From Squalus acanthias (lineage: Eukaryota), in NCBI GenBank assembly GCA_030390025.1, contig JASTWF010000327.1, forward strand, positions 1 through 64,000: 64,000 bases of DNA, written 5' to 3'. Below are positions 24,001-36,000 of the stretch, piece after piece. Numbering within the stretch: position 1 is the first letter of the stretch; each line of letters opens with the position of its first letter. A program made the position numbers and the translations under genes. The notes below the pieces were generated by a model. The model was not told the origin of the DNA. It saw only the letters and a list, made by a program, of their open reading frames with translations, and made no database searches.

Positions 24001-27000
24001 AAGGAGGCGAGTGTGCAGTGGAGAGTCAGGGTCGGGCTAGGTCACTGAGGGATGAAGGAGGCGAGTGTGCAGTGGAGAGTCAGGGTCGGGCTAGGTCACT
24101 GAGGGATGAAGGAGGCGAGTGTGCAGTGGAGAGTCAGGGTCGGGCTAGGTCACTGAGGGATGAAGGAGGCGAGTGTGCAGTGGAGAGTCAGGGTCGGGCT
24201 AGGTCACTGAGGGATGAAGGAGGCGAGTGTGCAGTGGAGAGTCAGGGTCGGGCTAGGTCACTGAGGGATGAAGGAGGCGAGTGTGCAGTGGAGAGTCAGG
24301 GTCGGGCTAGGTCACTGAGGGATGAAGGAGGCGAGTGTGCAGTGGAGAGTCAGGGTCGGGCTAGGTCACTGAGGGATGAAGGAGGCGAGTGTGCAGTGGA
24401 GAGTCAGGGTCGGGCTAGGTCACTGAGGGATGAAGGAGGCGAGTGTGCAGTGGAGAGTCAGGGTCGGGCTAGGTCACTGAGGGATGAAGGAGGCGAGTGT
24501 GCAGTGGAGAGTCAGGGTCGGGCTAGGTCACTGAGGGATGAAGGAGGCGAGTGTGCAGTGGAGAGTCAGGGTCGGGCTAGGTCACTGAGGGATGAAGGAG
24601 GCGAGTGTGCAGTGGAGAGTCAGGGTCGGGCTAGGTCACTGAGGGATGAAGGAGGCGAGTGTGCAGTGGAGAGTCAGGGTCGGGCTAGGTCACTGAGGGA
24701 TGAAGGAGGCGAGTGTGCAGTGGAGAGTCAGGGTCGGGCTAGGTCACTGAGGGATGAAGGAGGCGAGTGTGCAGTGGAGAGTCAGGGTCGGGCTAGGTCA
24801 CTGAGGGATGAAGGAGGCGAGTGTGCAGTGGAGAGTCAGGGTCGGGCTAGGTCACTGAGGGATGAAGGAGGCGAGTGTGCAGTGGAGAGTCAGGGTCGGG
24901 CTAGGTCACTGAGGGATGAAGGAGGCGAGTGTGCAGTGGAGAGTCAGGGTCGGGCTAGGTCACTGAGGGATGAAGGAGGCGAGTGTGCAGTGGAGAGTCA
25001 GGGTCGGGCTAGGTCACTGAGGGATGAAGGAGGCGAGTGTGCAGTGGAGAGTCAGGGTCGGGCTAGGTCACTGAGGGATGAAGGAGGCGAGTGTGCAGTG
25101 GAGAGTCAGGGTCGGGCTAGGTCACTGAGGGATGAAGGAGGCGAGTGTGCAGTGGAGAGTCAGGGTCGGGCTAGGTCACTGAGGGATGAAGGAGGCGAGT
25201 GTGCAGTGGAGAGTCAGGGTGGGCTAGGTCACTGAGGGATGAAGGAGGCGAGTGTGCAGTGGAGAGTCAGGGTCGGGCTAGGTCACTGAGGGATGAAGGA
25301 GGCGAGTGTGCAGTGGAGAGTCAGGGTCGGGCTAGGTCACTGAGGGATGAAGGAGGCGAGTGTGCAGTGGAGAGTCAGGGTCGGGCTAGGTCACTGAGGG
25401 ATGAAGGAGGCGAGTGTGCAGTGGAGAGTCAGGGTCGGGCTAGGTCACTGAGGGATGAAGGAGGCGAGTGTGCAGTGGAGAGTCAGGGTCGGGCTAGGTC
25501 ACTGAGGGATGAAGGAGGCGAGTGTGCAGTGGAGAGTCAGGGTCGGGCTAGGTCACTGAGGGATGAAGGAGGCGAGTGTGCAGTGGAGAGTCAGGGTCGG
25601 GCTAGGTCACTGAGGGATGAAGGAGGCGAGTGTGCAGTGGAGAGTCAGGGTCGGGCTGGTCACTGAGGGATGAAGGAGGCGAGTGTGCAGTGGAGAGTCA
25701 GGGTCGGGCTAGGTCACTGAGGGATGAAGGAGGCGAGTGTGCAGTGGAGAGTCAGGGTCGGGCTAGGTCACTGAGGGATGAAGGAGGCGAGTGTGCAGTG
25801 GAGAGTCAGGGTCGGGCTAGGTCACTGAGGGATGAAGGAGGCGAGTGTGCAGTGGAGAGTCAGGGTCGGGCTAGGTCACTGAGGGATGAAGGAGGCGAGT
25901 GTGCAGTGGAGAGTCAGGGTCGGGCTAGGTCACTGAGGGATGAAGGAGGCGAGTGTGCAGTGGAGAGTCAGGGTCGGGCTAGGTCACTGAGGGATGAAGG
26001 AGGCGAGTGTGCAGTGGAGAGTCAGGGTCGGGCTAGGTCACTGAGGGATGAAGGAGGCGAGTGTGCAGTGGAGAGTCAGGGTCGGGCTAGGTCACTGAGG
26101 GATGAAGGAGGCGAGTGTGCAGTGGAGAGTCAGGGTCGGGCTAGGTCACTGAGGGATGAAGGAGGCGAGTGTGCAGTGGAGAGTCAGGGTCGGGCTAGGT
26201 CACTGAGGGATGAAGGAGGCGAGTGTGCAGTGGAGAGTCAGGGTCGGGCTAGGTCACTGAGGGATGAAGGAGGCGAGTGTGCAGTGGAGAGTCAGGGTCG
26301 GGCTAGGTCACTGAGGGATGAAGGAGGCGAGTGTGCAGTGGAGAGTCAGGGTCGGGCTAGGTCACTGAGGGATGAAGGAGGCGAGTGTGCAGTGGAGAGT
26401 CAGGGTCGGGCTAGGTCACTGAGGGATGAAGGAGGCGAGTGTGCAGTGGAGAGTCAGGGTCGGGCTAGGTCACTGAGGGATGAAGGAGGCGAGTGTGCAG
26501 TGGAGAGTCAGGGTCGGGCTAGGTCACTGAGGGATGAAGGAGGCGAGTGTGCAGTGGAGAGTCAGGGTCGGGCTAGGTCACTGAGGGATGAAGGAGGCGA
26601 GTGTGCAGTGGAGAGTCAGGGTCGGGCTAGGTCACTGAGGGATGAAGGAGGCGAGTGTGCAGTGGAGAGTCAGGGTCGGGCTAGGTCACTGAGGGATGAA
26701 GGAGGCGAGTGTGCAGTGGAGAGTCAGGGTCGGGCTAGGTCACTGAGGGATGAAGGAGGCGAGTGTGCAGTGGAGAGTCAGGGTCGGGCTAGGTCACTGA
26801 GGGATGAAGGAGGCGAGTGTGCAGTGGAGAGTCAGGGTCGGGCTAGGTCACTGAGGGATGAAGGAGGCGAGTGTGCAGTGGAGAGTCAGGGTCGGGCTAG
26901 GTCACTGAGGGATGAAGGAGGCGAGTGTGCAGTGGAGAGTCAGGGTCGGGCTAGGTCACTGAGGGATGAAGGAGGCGAGTGTGCAGTGGAGAGTCAGGGT

Positions 27001-30000
27001 CGGGCTAGGTCACTGAGGGATGAAGGAGGCGAGTGTGCAGTGGAGAGTCAGGGTCGGGCTAGGTCACTGAGGGATGAAGGAGGCGAGTGTGCAGTGGAGA
27101 GTCAGGGTCGGGCTAGGTCACTGAGGGATGAAGGAGGCGAGTGTGCAGTGGAGAGTCAGGGTCGGGCTAGGTCACTGAGGGATGAAGGAGGCGAGTGTGC
27201 AGTGGAGAGTCAGGGTCGGGCTAGGTCACTGAGGGATGAAGGAGGCGAGTGTGCAGTGGAGAGTCAGGGTCGGGCTAGGTCACTGAGGGATGAAGGAGGC
27301 GAGTGTGCAGTGGAGAGTCAGGGTCGGGCTAGGTCACTGAGGGATGAAGGAGGCGAGTGTGCAGTGGAGAGTCAGGGTCGGGCTAGGTCACTGAGGGATG
27401 AAGGAGGCGAGTGTGCAGTGGAGAGTCAGGGTCGGGCTAGGTCACTGAGGGATGAAGGAGGCGAGTGTGCAGTGGAGAGTCAGGGTCGGGCTAGGTCACT
27501 GAGGGATGAAGGAGGCGAGTGTGCAGTGGAGAGTCAGGGTCGGGCTAGGTCACTGAGGGATGAAGGAGGCGAGTGTGCAGTGGAGAGTCAGGGTCGGGCT
27601 AGGTCACTGAGGGATGAAGGAGGCGAGTGTGCAGTGGAGAGTCAGGGTCGGCTAGGTCACTGAGGGATGAAGGAGGCGAGTGTGCAGTGGAGAGTCAGGG
27701 TCGGCTAGGTCACTGAGGGATGAAGGAGGCGAGTGTGCAGTGGAGAGTCAGGGTCGGGCTAGGTCACTGAGGGATGAAGGAGGCGAGTGTGCAGTGGAGA
27801 GTCAGGGTCGGGCTAGGTCACTGAGGGATGAAGGAGGCGAGTGTGCAGTGGAGAGTCAGGGTCGGGCTAGGTCACTGAGGGATGAAGGAGGCGAGTGTGC
27901 AGTGGAGAGTCAGGGTCGGGCTAGGTCACTGAGGGATGAAGGAGGCGAGTGTGCAGTGGAGAGTCAGGGTCGGGCTAGGTCACTGAGGGATGAAGGAGGC
28001 GAGTGTGCAGTGGAGAGTCAGGGTCGGGCTAGGTCACTGAGGGATGAAGGAGGCGAGTGTGCAGTGGAGAGTCAGGGTCGGGCTAGGTCACTGAGGGATG
28101 AAGGAGGCGAGTGTGCAGTGGAGAGTCAGGGTCGGGCTAGGTCACTGAGGGATGAAGGAGGCGAGTGTGCAGTGGAGAGTCAGGGTCGGGCTAGGTCACT
28201 GAGGGATGAAGGAGGCGAGTGTGCAGTGGAGAGTCAGGGTCGGGCTAGGTCACTGAGGGATGAAGGAGGCGAGTGTGCAGTGGAGAGTCAGGGTCGGGCT
28301 AGGTCACTGAGGGATGAAGGAGGCGAGTGTGCAGTGGAGAGTCAGGGTCGGGCTAGGTCACTGAGGGATGAAGGAGGCGAGTGTGCAGTGGAGAGTCAGG
28401 GTCGGGCTAGGTCACTGAGGGATGAAGGAGGCGAGTGTGCAGTGGAGAGTCAGGGTCGGGCTAGGTCACTGAGGGATGAAGGAGGCGAGTGTGCAGTGGA
28501 GAGTCAGGGTCGGGCTAGGTCACTGAGGGATGAAGGAGGCGAGTGTGCAGTGGAGAGTCAGGGTCGGGCTAGGTCACTGAGGGATGAAGGAGGCGAGTGT
28601 GCAGTGGAGAGTCAGGGTCGGGCTAGGTCACTGAGGGATGAAGGAGGCGAGTGTGCAGTGGAGAGTCAGGGTCGGGCTAGGTCACTGAGGGATGAAGGAG
28701 GCGAGTGTGCAGTGGAGAGTCAGGGTCGGGCTAGGTCACTGAGGGATGAAGGAGGCGAGTGTGCAGTGGAGAGTCAGGGTCGGGCTAGGGAGATGAAGGA
28801 GGCGAGTGTGCAGTGGAGAGTCAGGGTCGGGCTAGGTCACTGAGGGATGAAGGAGGCGAGTGTGCAGTGGAGAGTCAGGGTCGGGCTAGGTCACTGAGGG
28901 ATGAAGGAGGCGAGTGTGCAGTGGAGAGTCAGGGTCGGGCTAGGTCACTGAGGGATGAAGGAGGCGAGTGTGCAGTGGAGAGTCAGGGTCGGGCTAGGTC
29001 ACTGAGGGATGAAGGAGGCGAGTGTGCAGTGGAGAGTCAGGGTCGGGCTAGGTCACTGAGGGATGAAGGAGGCGAGTGTGCAGTGGAGAGTCAGGGTCGG
29101 GCTAGGTCACTGAGGGATGAAGGAGGCGAGTGTGCAGTGGAGAGTCAGGGTCGGGCTAGGTCACTGAGGGATGAAGGAGGCGAGTGTGCAGTGGAGAGTC
29201 AGGGTCGGGCTAGGTCACTGAGGGATGAAGGAGGCGAGTGTGCAGTGGAGAGTCAGGGTCGGGCTAGGTCACTGAGGGATGAAGGAGGCGAGTGTGCAGT
29301 GGAGAGTCAGGGTCGGGCTAGGTCACTGAGGGATGAAGGAGGCGAGTGTGCAGTGGAGAGTCAGGGTCGGGCTAGTCACTGAGGGATGAAGGAGGCGAGT
29401 GTGCAGTGGAGAGTCAGGGTCGGGCTAGGTCACTGAGGGATGAAGGAGGCGAGTGTGCAGTGGAGAGTCAGGGTCGGGCTAGGTCACTGAGGGATGAAGG
29501 AGGCGAGTGTGCAGTGGAGAGTCAGGGTCGGGCTAGGTCACTGAGGGATGAAGGAGGCGAGTGTGCAGTGGAGAGTCAGGGTCGGGCTAGGTCACTGAGG
29601 GATGAAGGAGGCGAGTGTGCAGTGGAGAGTCAGGGTCGGGCTAGGTCACTGAGGGATGAAGGAGGCGAGTGTGCAGTGGAGAGTCAGGGTCGGGCTAGGT
29701 CACTGAGGGATGAAGGAGGCGAGTGTGCAGTGGAGAGTCAGGGTCGGGCTGGGTCACTGAGGGATGAAGGAGGCGAGTGTGCAGTGGAGAGTCAGGGTCG
29801 GGCTAGGTCACTGAGGGATGAAGGAGGCGAGTGTGCAGTGGAGAGTCAGGGTCGGGCTGGTCACTGAGGGATGAAGGAGGCGAGTGTGCAGTGGAGAGTC
29901 AGGGTCGGGCTAGGTCACTGAGGGATGAAGGAGGCGAGTGTGCAGTGGAGAGTCAGGGTCGGGCTAGGTCACTGAGGGATGAAGGAGGCGAGTGTGCAGT

Positions 30001-33000
30001 GGAGAGTCAGGGTCGGGCTAGGTCACTGAGGGATGAAGGAGGCGAGTGTGCAGTGGAGAGTCAGGGTCGGGCTAGGTCACTGAGGGATGAAGGAGGCGAG
30101 TGTGCAGTGGAGAGTCAGGGTCGGGCTAGGTCACTGAGGGATGAAGGAGGCGAGTGTGCAGTGGAGAGTCAGGGTCGGGCTAGGTCACTGAGGGATGAAG
30201 GAGGCGAGTGTGCAGTGGAGAGTCAGGGTCGGGCTAGGTCACTGAGGGATGAAGGAGGCGAGTGTGCAGTGGAGAGTCAGGGTCGGGCTAGGTCACTGAG
30301 GGATGAAGGAGGCGAGTGTGCAGTGGAGAGTCAGGGTCGGGCTAGGTCACTGAGGGATGAAGGAGGCGAGTGTGCAGTGGAGAGTCAGGGTCGGGCTAGG
30401 TCACTGAGGGATGAAGGAGGCGAGTGTGCAGTGGAGAGTCAGGGTCGGGCTAGGTCACTGAGGGATGAAGGAGGCGAGTGTGCAGTGGAGAGTCAGGGTC
30501 GGGCTAGGTCACTGAGGGATGAAGGAGGCGAGTGTGCAGTGGAGAGTCAGGGTCGGGCTAGGTCACTGAGGGATGAAGGAGGCGAGTGTGCAGTGGAGAG
30601 TCAGGGTCGGGCTAGGTCACTGAGGGATGAAGGAGGCGAGTGTGCAGTGGAGAGTCAGGGTCGGGCTAGGTCACTGAGGGATGAAGGAGGCGAGTGTGCA
30701 GTGGAGAGTCAGGGTCGGGCTAGGTCACTGAGGGATGAAGGAGGCGAGTGTGCAGTGGAGAGTCAGGGTCGGGCTAGGTCACTGAGGGATGAAGGAGGCG
30801 AGTGTGCAGTGGAGAGTCAGGGTCGGGCTAGGTCACTGAGGGATGAAGGAGGCGAGTGTGCAGTGGAGAGTCAGGGTCGGGCTAGGTCACTGAGGGATGA
30901 AGGAGGCGAGTGTGCAGTGGAGAGTCAGGGTCGGGCTAGGTCACTGAGGGATGAAGGAGGCGAGTGTGCAGTGGAGAGTCAGGGTCGGGCTAGGTCACTG
31001 AGGGATGAAGGAGGCGAGTGTGCAGTGGAGAGTCAGGGTCGGGCTAGGTCACTGAGGGATGAAGGAGGCGAGTGTGCAGTGGAGAGTCAGGGTCGGGCTA
31101 GGTCACTGAGGGATGAAGGAGGCGAGTGTGCAGTGGAGAGTCAGGGTCGGGCTAGGTCACTGAGGGATGAAGGAGGCGAGTGTGCAGTGGAGAGTCAGGG
31201 TCGGGCTAGGTCACTGAGGGATGAAGGAGGCGAGTGTGCAGTGGAGAGTCAGGGTCGGGCTAGGTCACTGAGGGATGAAGGAGGCGAGTGTGCAGTGGAG
31301 AGTCAGGGTCGGGCTAGGTCACTGAGGGATGAAGGAGGCGAGTGTGCAGTGGAGAGTCAGGGTCGGGCTAGGTCACTGAGGGATGAAGGAGGCGAGTGTG
31401 CAGTGGAGAGTCAGGGTCGGGCTAGGTCACTGAGGGATGAAGGAGGCGAGTGTGCAGTGGAGAGTCAGGGTCGGGCTAGGTCACTGAGGGATGAAGGAGG
31501 CGAGTGTGCAGTGGAGAGTCAGGGTCGGGCTCGGTCACTGAGGGATGAAGGAGGCGAGTGTGCAGTGGAGAGTCAGGGTCGGGCTAGGTCACTGAGGGAT
31601 GAAGGAGGCAAGTGTGCAGTGGAGAGTCAGGGTCGGCTCGGTCACTGAGGGATGAAGGAGCCGAGTGTGCAGTGGAGAGTCAGGTCGGGCTAGGTCACTG
31701 AGGGATGAAGGAGGCGAGTGTGCAGTGGAGAGTCAGGGTAGGGCTAGGTCACTGAGGGATGAAGGAGGCGAGTGTGCAGTGGAGAGTCAGGGTAGGGCTA
31801 GGTCACTGAGGGATGAAGGAGGCGAGTGTGCAGTGGAGAGTCAGCGTAGGGCTAGGTCACTGAGGGATGAAGGAGGCGAGTGTGCAGTGGAGAGTCAGGG
31901 TCGGGCTAGGTCACTGTGGGATGAAGGAGGCGACTGTGCAGTGGAGAGTCAGGGTAGGGCTAGGTCACTGAGGGATGAAGGAGGCGAGTGTGCACTGGAG
32001 AGTCAGGGTCGGGCAAGGTCACTGAGGGATGAAGGAGGCGAGTGTGCAGTGGAGAGTCAGGGTCGGGCTAGGTCACTGAGGGATGAAGGAGGCGAGTGTG
32101 CAGTGGAGAGTCAGGGTCTGGCTGGGTCACTGAGGGATGAAGGAGGCGAGTGTGCAGTGGAGAGTCAGGGTCGGGCTAGGTCACTGAGGGATGAAGGAGG
32201 CGAGTGTGCAGTGGAGAGTCAGGGTCGGGCTAGGTCACTGAGGGATGAAGGAGGCAAGTGTGCAGTGGAGAGTCAGGGTCGGGCTCGGTCACTGAGGGAT
32301 GAAGGAGCCGAGTGTGCAGTGGAGAGTCAGGGTCGGGCTAGGTCACTGAGGGATGAAGGAGGCGAGTGTGCAGTGGAGAGTCAGCGTAGGGCTAGGTCAC
32401 TGAGGGATGAAGGAGCCGAGTGTGCAGTGGAGAGTCAGGGTCGGGCTAGGTCAGTGAGGGATGAAGGAGGTGAGTGTGCAGTGGAGAGTCAGGGTCGGGC
32501 TAGGTCAGTGAGGGATGAAGGAGGTGAGTGTGCAGTGGAGAGTCAGGGTCGGGCTAGGTCAGTGAGGGATGAAGGAGGTGAGTGTGCAGTGGAGAGTCAG
32601 GGTCGGGCTAGGTCACTGAGGGATGAAGGAGGCGAGTGTGTAGTGGAGAGTCAGGGTCGGGCTAGGTCAGTGAGGGATGAAGGAGGTGAGTGTGCAGTGG
32701 AGAGTCAGGGTCGGGCTAGGTCAGTGAGGGATGAAGGAGTGAGTGTGCAGTGGAGAGTCAGGGTCGGGCTAGGTCAGTGAGGGATGAAGGAGGTGAGTGT
32801 GCAGTGGAGAGTCAGGGTCGGGCTGGGTCACTGAGGGATGAAGGAGGCGAATGTGCAGTGGAGAGTCAGAGTCGGGCTCGGTCACTGAGGGATGAAGGAG
32901 GCGAGTGTGCAGTGGAGAGTCAGGGTCAGGCTAGCTCACTGAGGGATGAAGGAGGCGAGTGTGCAGTGGAGAGTCAGGGTCGGGCTAGGTCACTGAGGGA

Positions 33001-36000
33001 TGAAGGAGGCGAGTGTGCAGTGGAGAGTCAGGGTCGGGCTAGGTCACTGAGGGATGAAGGAGGCGAGTGTGCAGTGGAGAGTCAGGGTCGGGCTAGGTCA
33101 CTGAGGATGAAGGAGGCGAGTGTGCAGTGGAGAGTCAGGGTCGGGCTCGGTCACTGAGGGATGAAGGAGGCGAGTGTGCAGTGGAGAGTCAGGGTCGGGC
33201 TAGGTCACTGAGGGATGAAGGAGGCGAGTGTGCAGTGGAGAGTCAGGGTCGGGCTAGGTCACTGAGTGATGAAGGAGGTGAGTGTGCACTGGAGAGTCAG
33301 GGTCGGGCTAGGTCACTGAGGGATGAAGGAGGCGAGTGTGCAGTGGAGGTCAGTGTCGGGCTAGGTCACTGAGTGATGAAGGAGGCGAGTGTGCAGTGGA
33401 GAGTCAGGGTCGGGCTAGGTTACTCAGGGATGAAGGAGGTGAGTGTGCAGTGGAGAGTCAGTGTAGGGCTCGGTCACTGAGGGATGAAGGAGGCGAGTGT
33501 GCAGTGGAGAGTCAGGGTCGGGCTAGGTCACTGAGGGATGAAGGAGGCGAGTATGCAGTGGAGAGTCAGGGTCGGGCTGGGTCACTGAGGGATGAAGGAG
33601 GCGAGTGTGCAGTGGAGAGTCAGGGTAGGGCTGGGTCACTGAGGAATGAAGGAGGCGAGTGTGCAGTGGAGACTCAGGGTCGGACTAGGTCACTGAGGGA
33701 TGAAGGAGGCGAGTGTGCAGTGGAGAGTCAGGGTCGGGCTGGGTCACTGAGGGATGAAGGAGGCGAGTGTGCAGTGGAGAGTCAGGGTCGGGCTCGGTCA
33801 CTGAGGGATGAAGGAGGCGAGTGTGCAGTGGAGAGTCAGGGTCGGGCTCGATCACTGAGGGATGAAGGAGGCGAGTGTGCAGTGGAGAGTCAGGGTAGAG
33901 CTAGGTTACTGCGGAATGAAGGAGGCAAGTGTGCAGTGGAGAGTCAGGGTAGGGCTAGGTCACTGAGGGATGAAGGAGGCGAGTGTGCAGTGGAGAGTCA
34001 GGGTCGGGCTAGGTCACTGAGGGATGAAGGAGGCGAGTGTGCAGTGGAGAGTCAGGGTCGGGCTAGGTCACTGAGGGATGAAGGAGGCGAGTGTGCAGTG
34101 GAGAGTCAGGGTCGGGCTAGGTCACTGAGGGATGAAGGAGGCGAGTGTGCAGTGGAGAGTCAGGGTCGGGCTAGGTCACTGAGGGATGAAGGAGGCGAGT
34201 GTGCAGTGGAGAGTCAGGGACGGGCTAGGTCACTGAGGGATGAAGGAGGCGAGTATGCAGTGGAGAGTCAGGGTCGGGCTGGGTCACTGAAGGATGAAGG
34301 AGGCGAGTGTGCAGTGGAGAGTCAGCGTTGGGCTAGGTCACTGAGGGATGAAGGAGGCGAGTGTGCACTGGAGAGTCAGGGTCGGGCTGGGTCACTGAAG
34401 GATGAAGGAGGCAAGTGTGCAGTGGAGAGTCAGGGTCGGGCTAGGTCACTGAGGGATGAAGGAGGCGAGTGTGCAGTGGAGAGTCAGCGTCGGGCTAGGT
34501 CACTGAGGGATGAAGGAGGCGAGTGTGCACTGGAGAGTCAGGGTCGGGCTAGGTCACTGAGGGATGAAGGAGGCGAGTGTGCAGTGGAGAGTCAGGGTCG
34601 GGCTAGGTCACTGTGGGATGAAGGAGGCGACTGTGCAGTGGAGAGTCAGGGTAGGGCTAGGTCACTGAGGGATGAAGGAGGCGAGTGTGCACTGGAGAGT
34701 CAGGGTCGGGCAAGGTCACTGAGGGATGAAGGAGGCGAGTGTGCAGTGGAGAGTCAGGGTCGGGCTAGGTCACTGAGGGATGAAGGAGGCGAGTGTGCAG
34801 TGGAGAGTCAGGGTCTGGCTTGGTCACTGAGGGATGAAGGAGGCAAGTGTGCAGTGGAGAGTCAGGGTCGGGCTCGGTCACTGAGGGATGAAGGAGCCGA
34901 GTGTGCAGTGGAGAGTCAGGGTCGGGCTAGGTCACTGAGGGATGAAGGAGGCGAGTGTGCAGTGGAGAGTCAGCGTAGGGCTAGGTCACTGAGGGATGAA
35001 GGAGGCCGAGTGTGCAGTGGAGAGTCAGGGTCGGGCTAGGTCAGTGAGGGATGAAGGAGGTGAGTGTGCAGTGGAGAGTCAGGGTCGGGCTAGGTCAGTG
35101 AGGGATGAAGGAGGCGAGTGTGCAGTGGAGAGTCAGGGTCGGGCTAGGTCACTGAGGGATGAAGGAGGCGAGTGTGTAGTGGAGAGTCAGGGTCGGGCTA
35201 GGTCAGTGAGGGATGAAGGAGGTGAGTGTGCAGTGGAGAGTCAGGGTCGGGCTAGGTCAGTGAGGGATGAAGGAGGTGAGTGTGCAGTGGAGAGTCAGGG
35301 TCGGGCTAGGTCAGTGAGGGATGAAGGAGGTGAGTGTGCAGTGGAGAGTCAGGGTCGGGCTGGGTCACTGAGGGATGAAGGAGGCGAGTGTGCAGTGGAG
35401 AGTCAGAGTCGGGCTCGGTCACTGAGGGATGAAGGAGGCGAGTGTGCAGTGGAGAGTCAGGGTCAGGCTAGCTCACTGAGGGATGAAGGAGGCGAGTGTG
35501 CAGTGGAGAGTCAGGGTCGGGCTAGGTCACTGAGGGATGAAGGAGGCGAGTGTACAGTGGAGAGTCAGCGTCGGGCTAGGTCACTGAGGGATGAAGGAGG
35601 CGAGTGTGCAGTGGAGAGTCAGGGTCGGGCAAGGTCACTGAGGGATGAAGGAGGCGAGTGTGCAGTGGAGAGTCAGGGTCGGGCTAGGTCACTGAGGGAT
35701 GAAGGAGGCGAGTGTGCAGTGGAGAGTCAGGGTAGGGCTAGGTCACTGAGGGATGAAGGAGGCGAGTGTGCAGTGGAGAGTCAGGGTCGGGCTGGGTCAC
35801 TGAGGGATGAATGAGGCGAGTGTGCAGTGGAGAGTCAGGGTCGGGCTCGGTCACTGAGGGATGAAGGAGGCGAGTGTGCAGTGGAGAGTCAGGGTCGGGC
35901 TAGGTCACCGAGCGATGAAGGAGGCGAGTGTGCAGTGGAGAGTCAGGGTCGGGCTCGGTCACTGAGGGATGAAGGATGCAAGTGTGCAGTGGAGAGTCAG

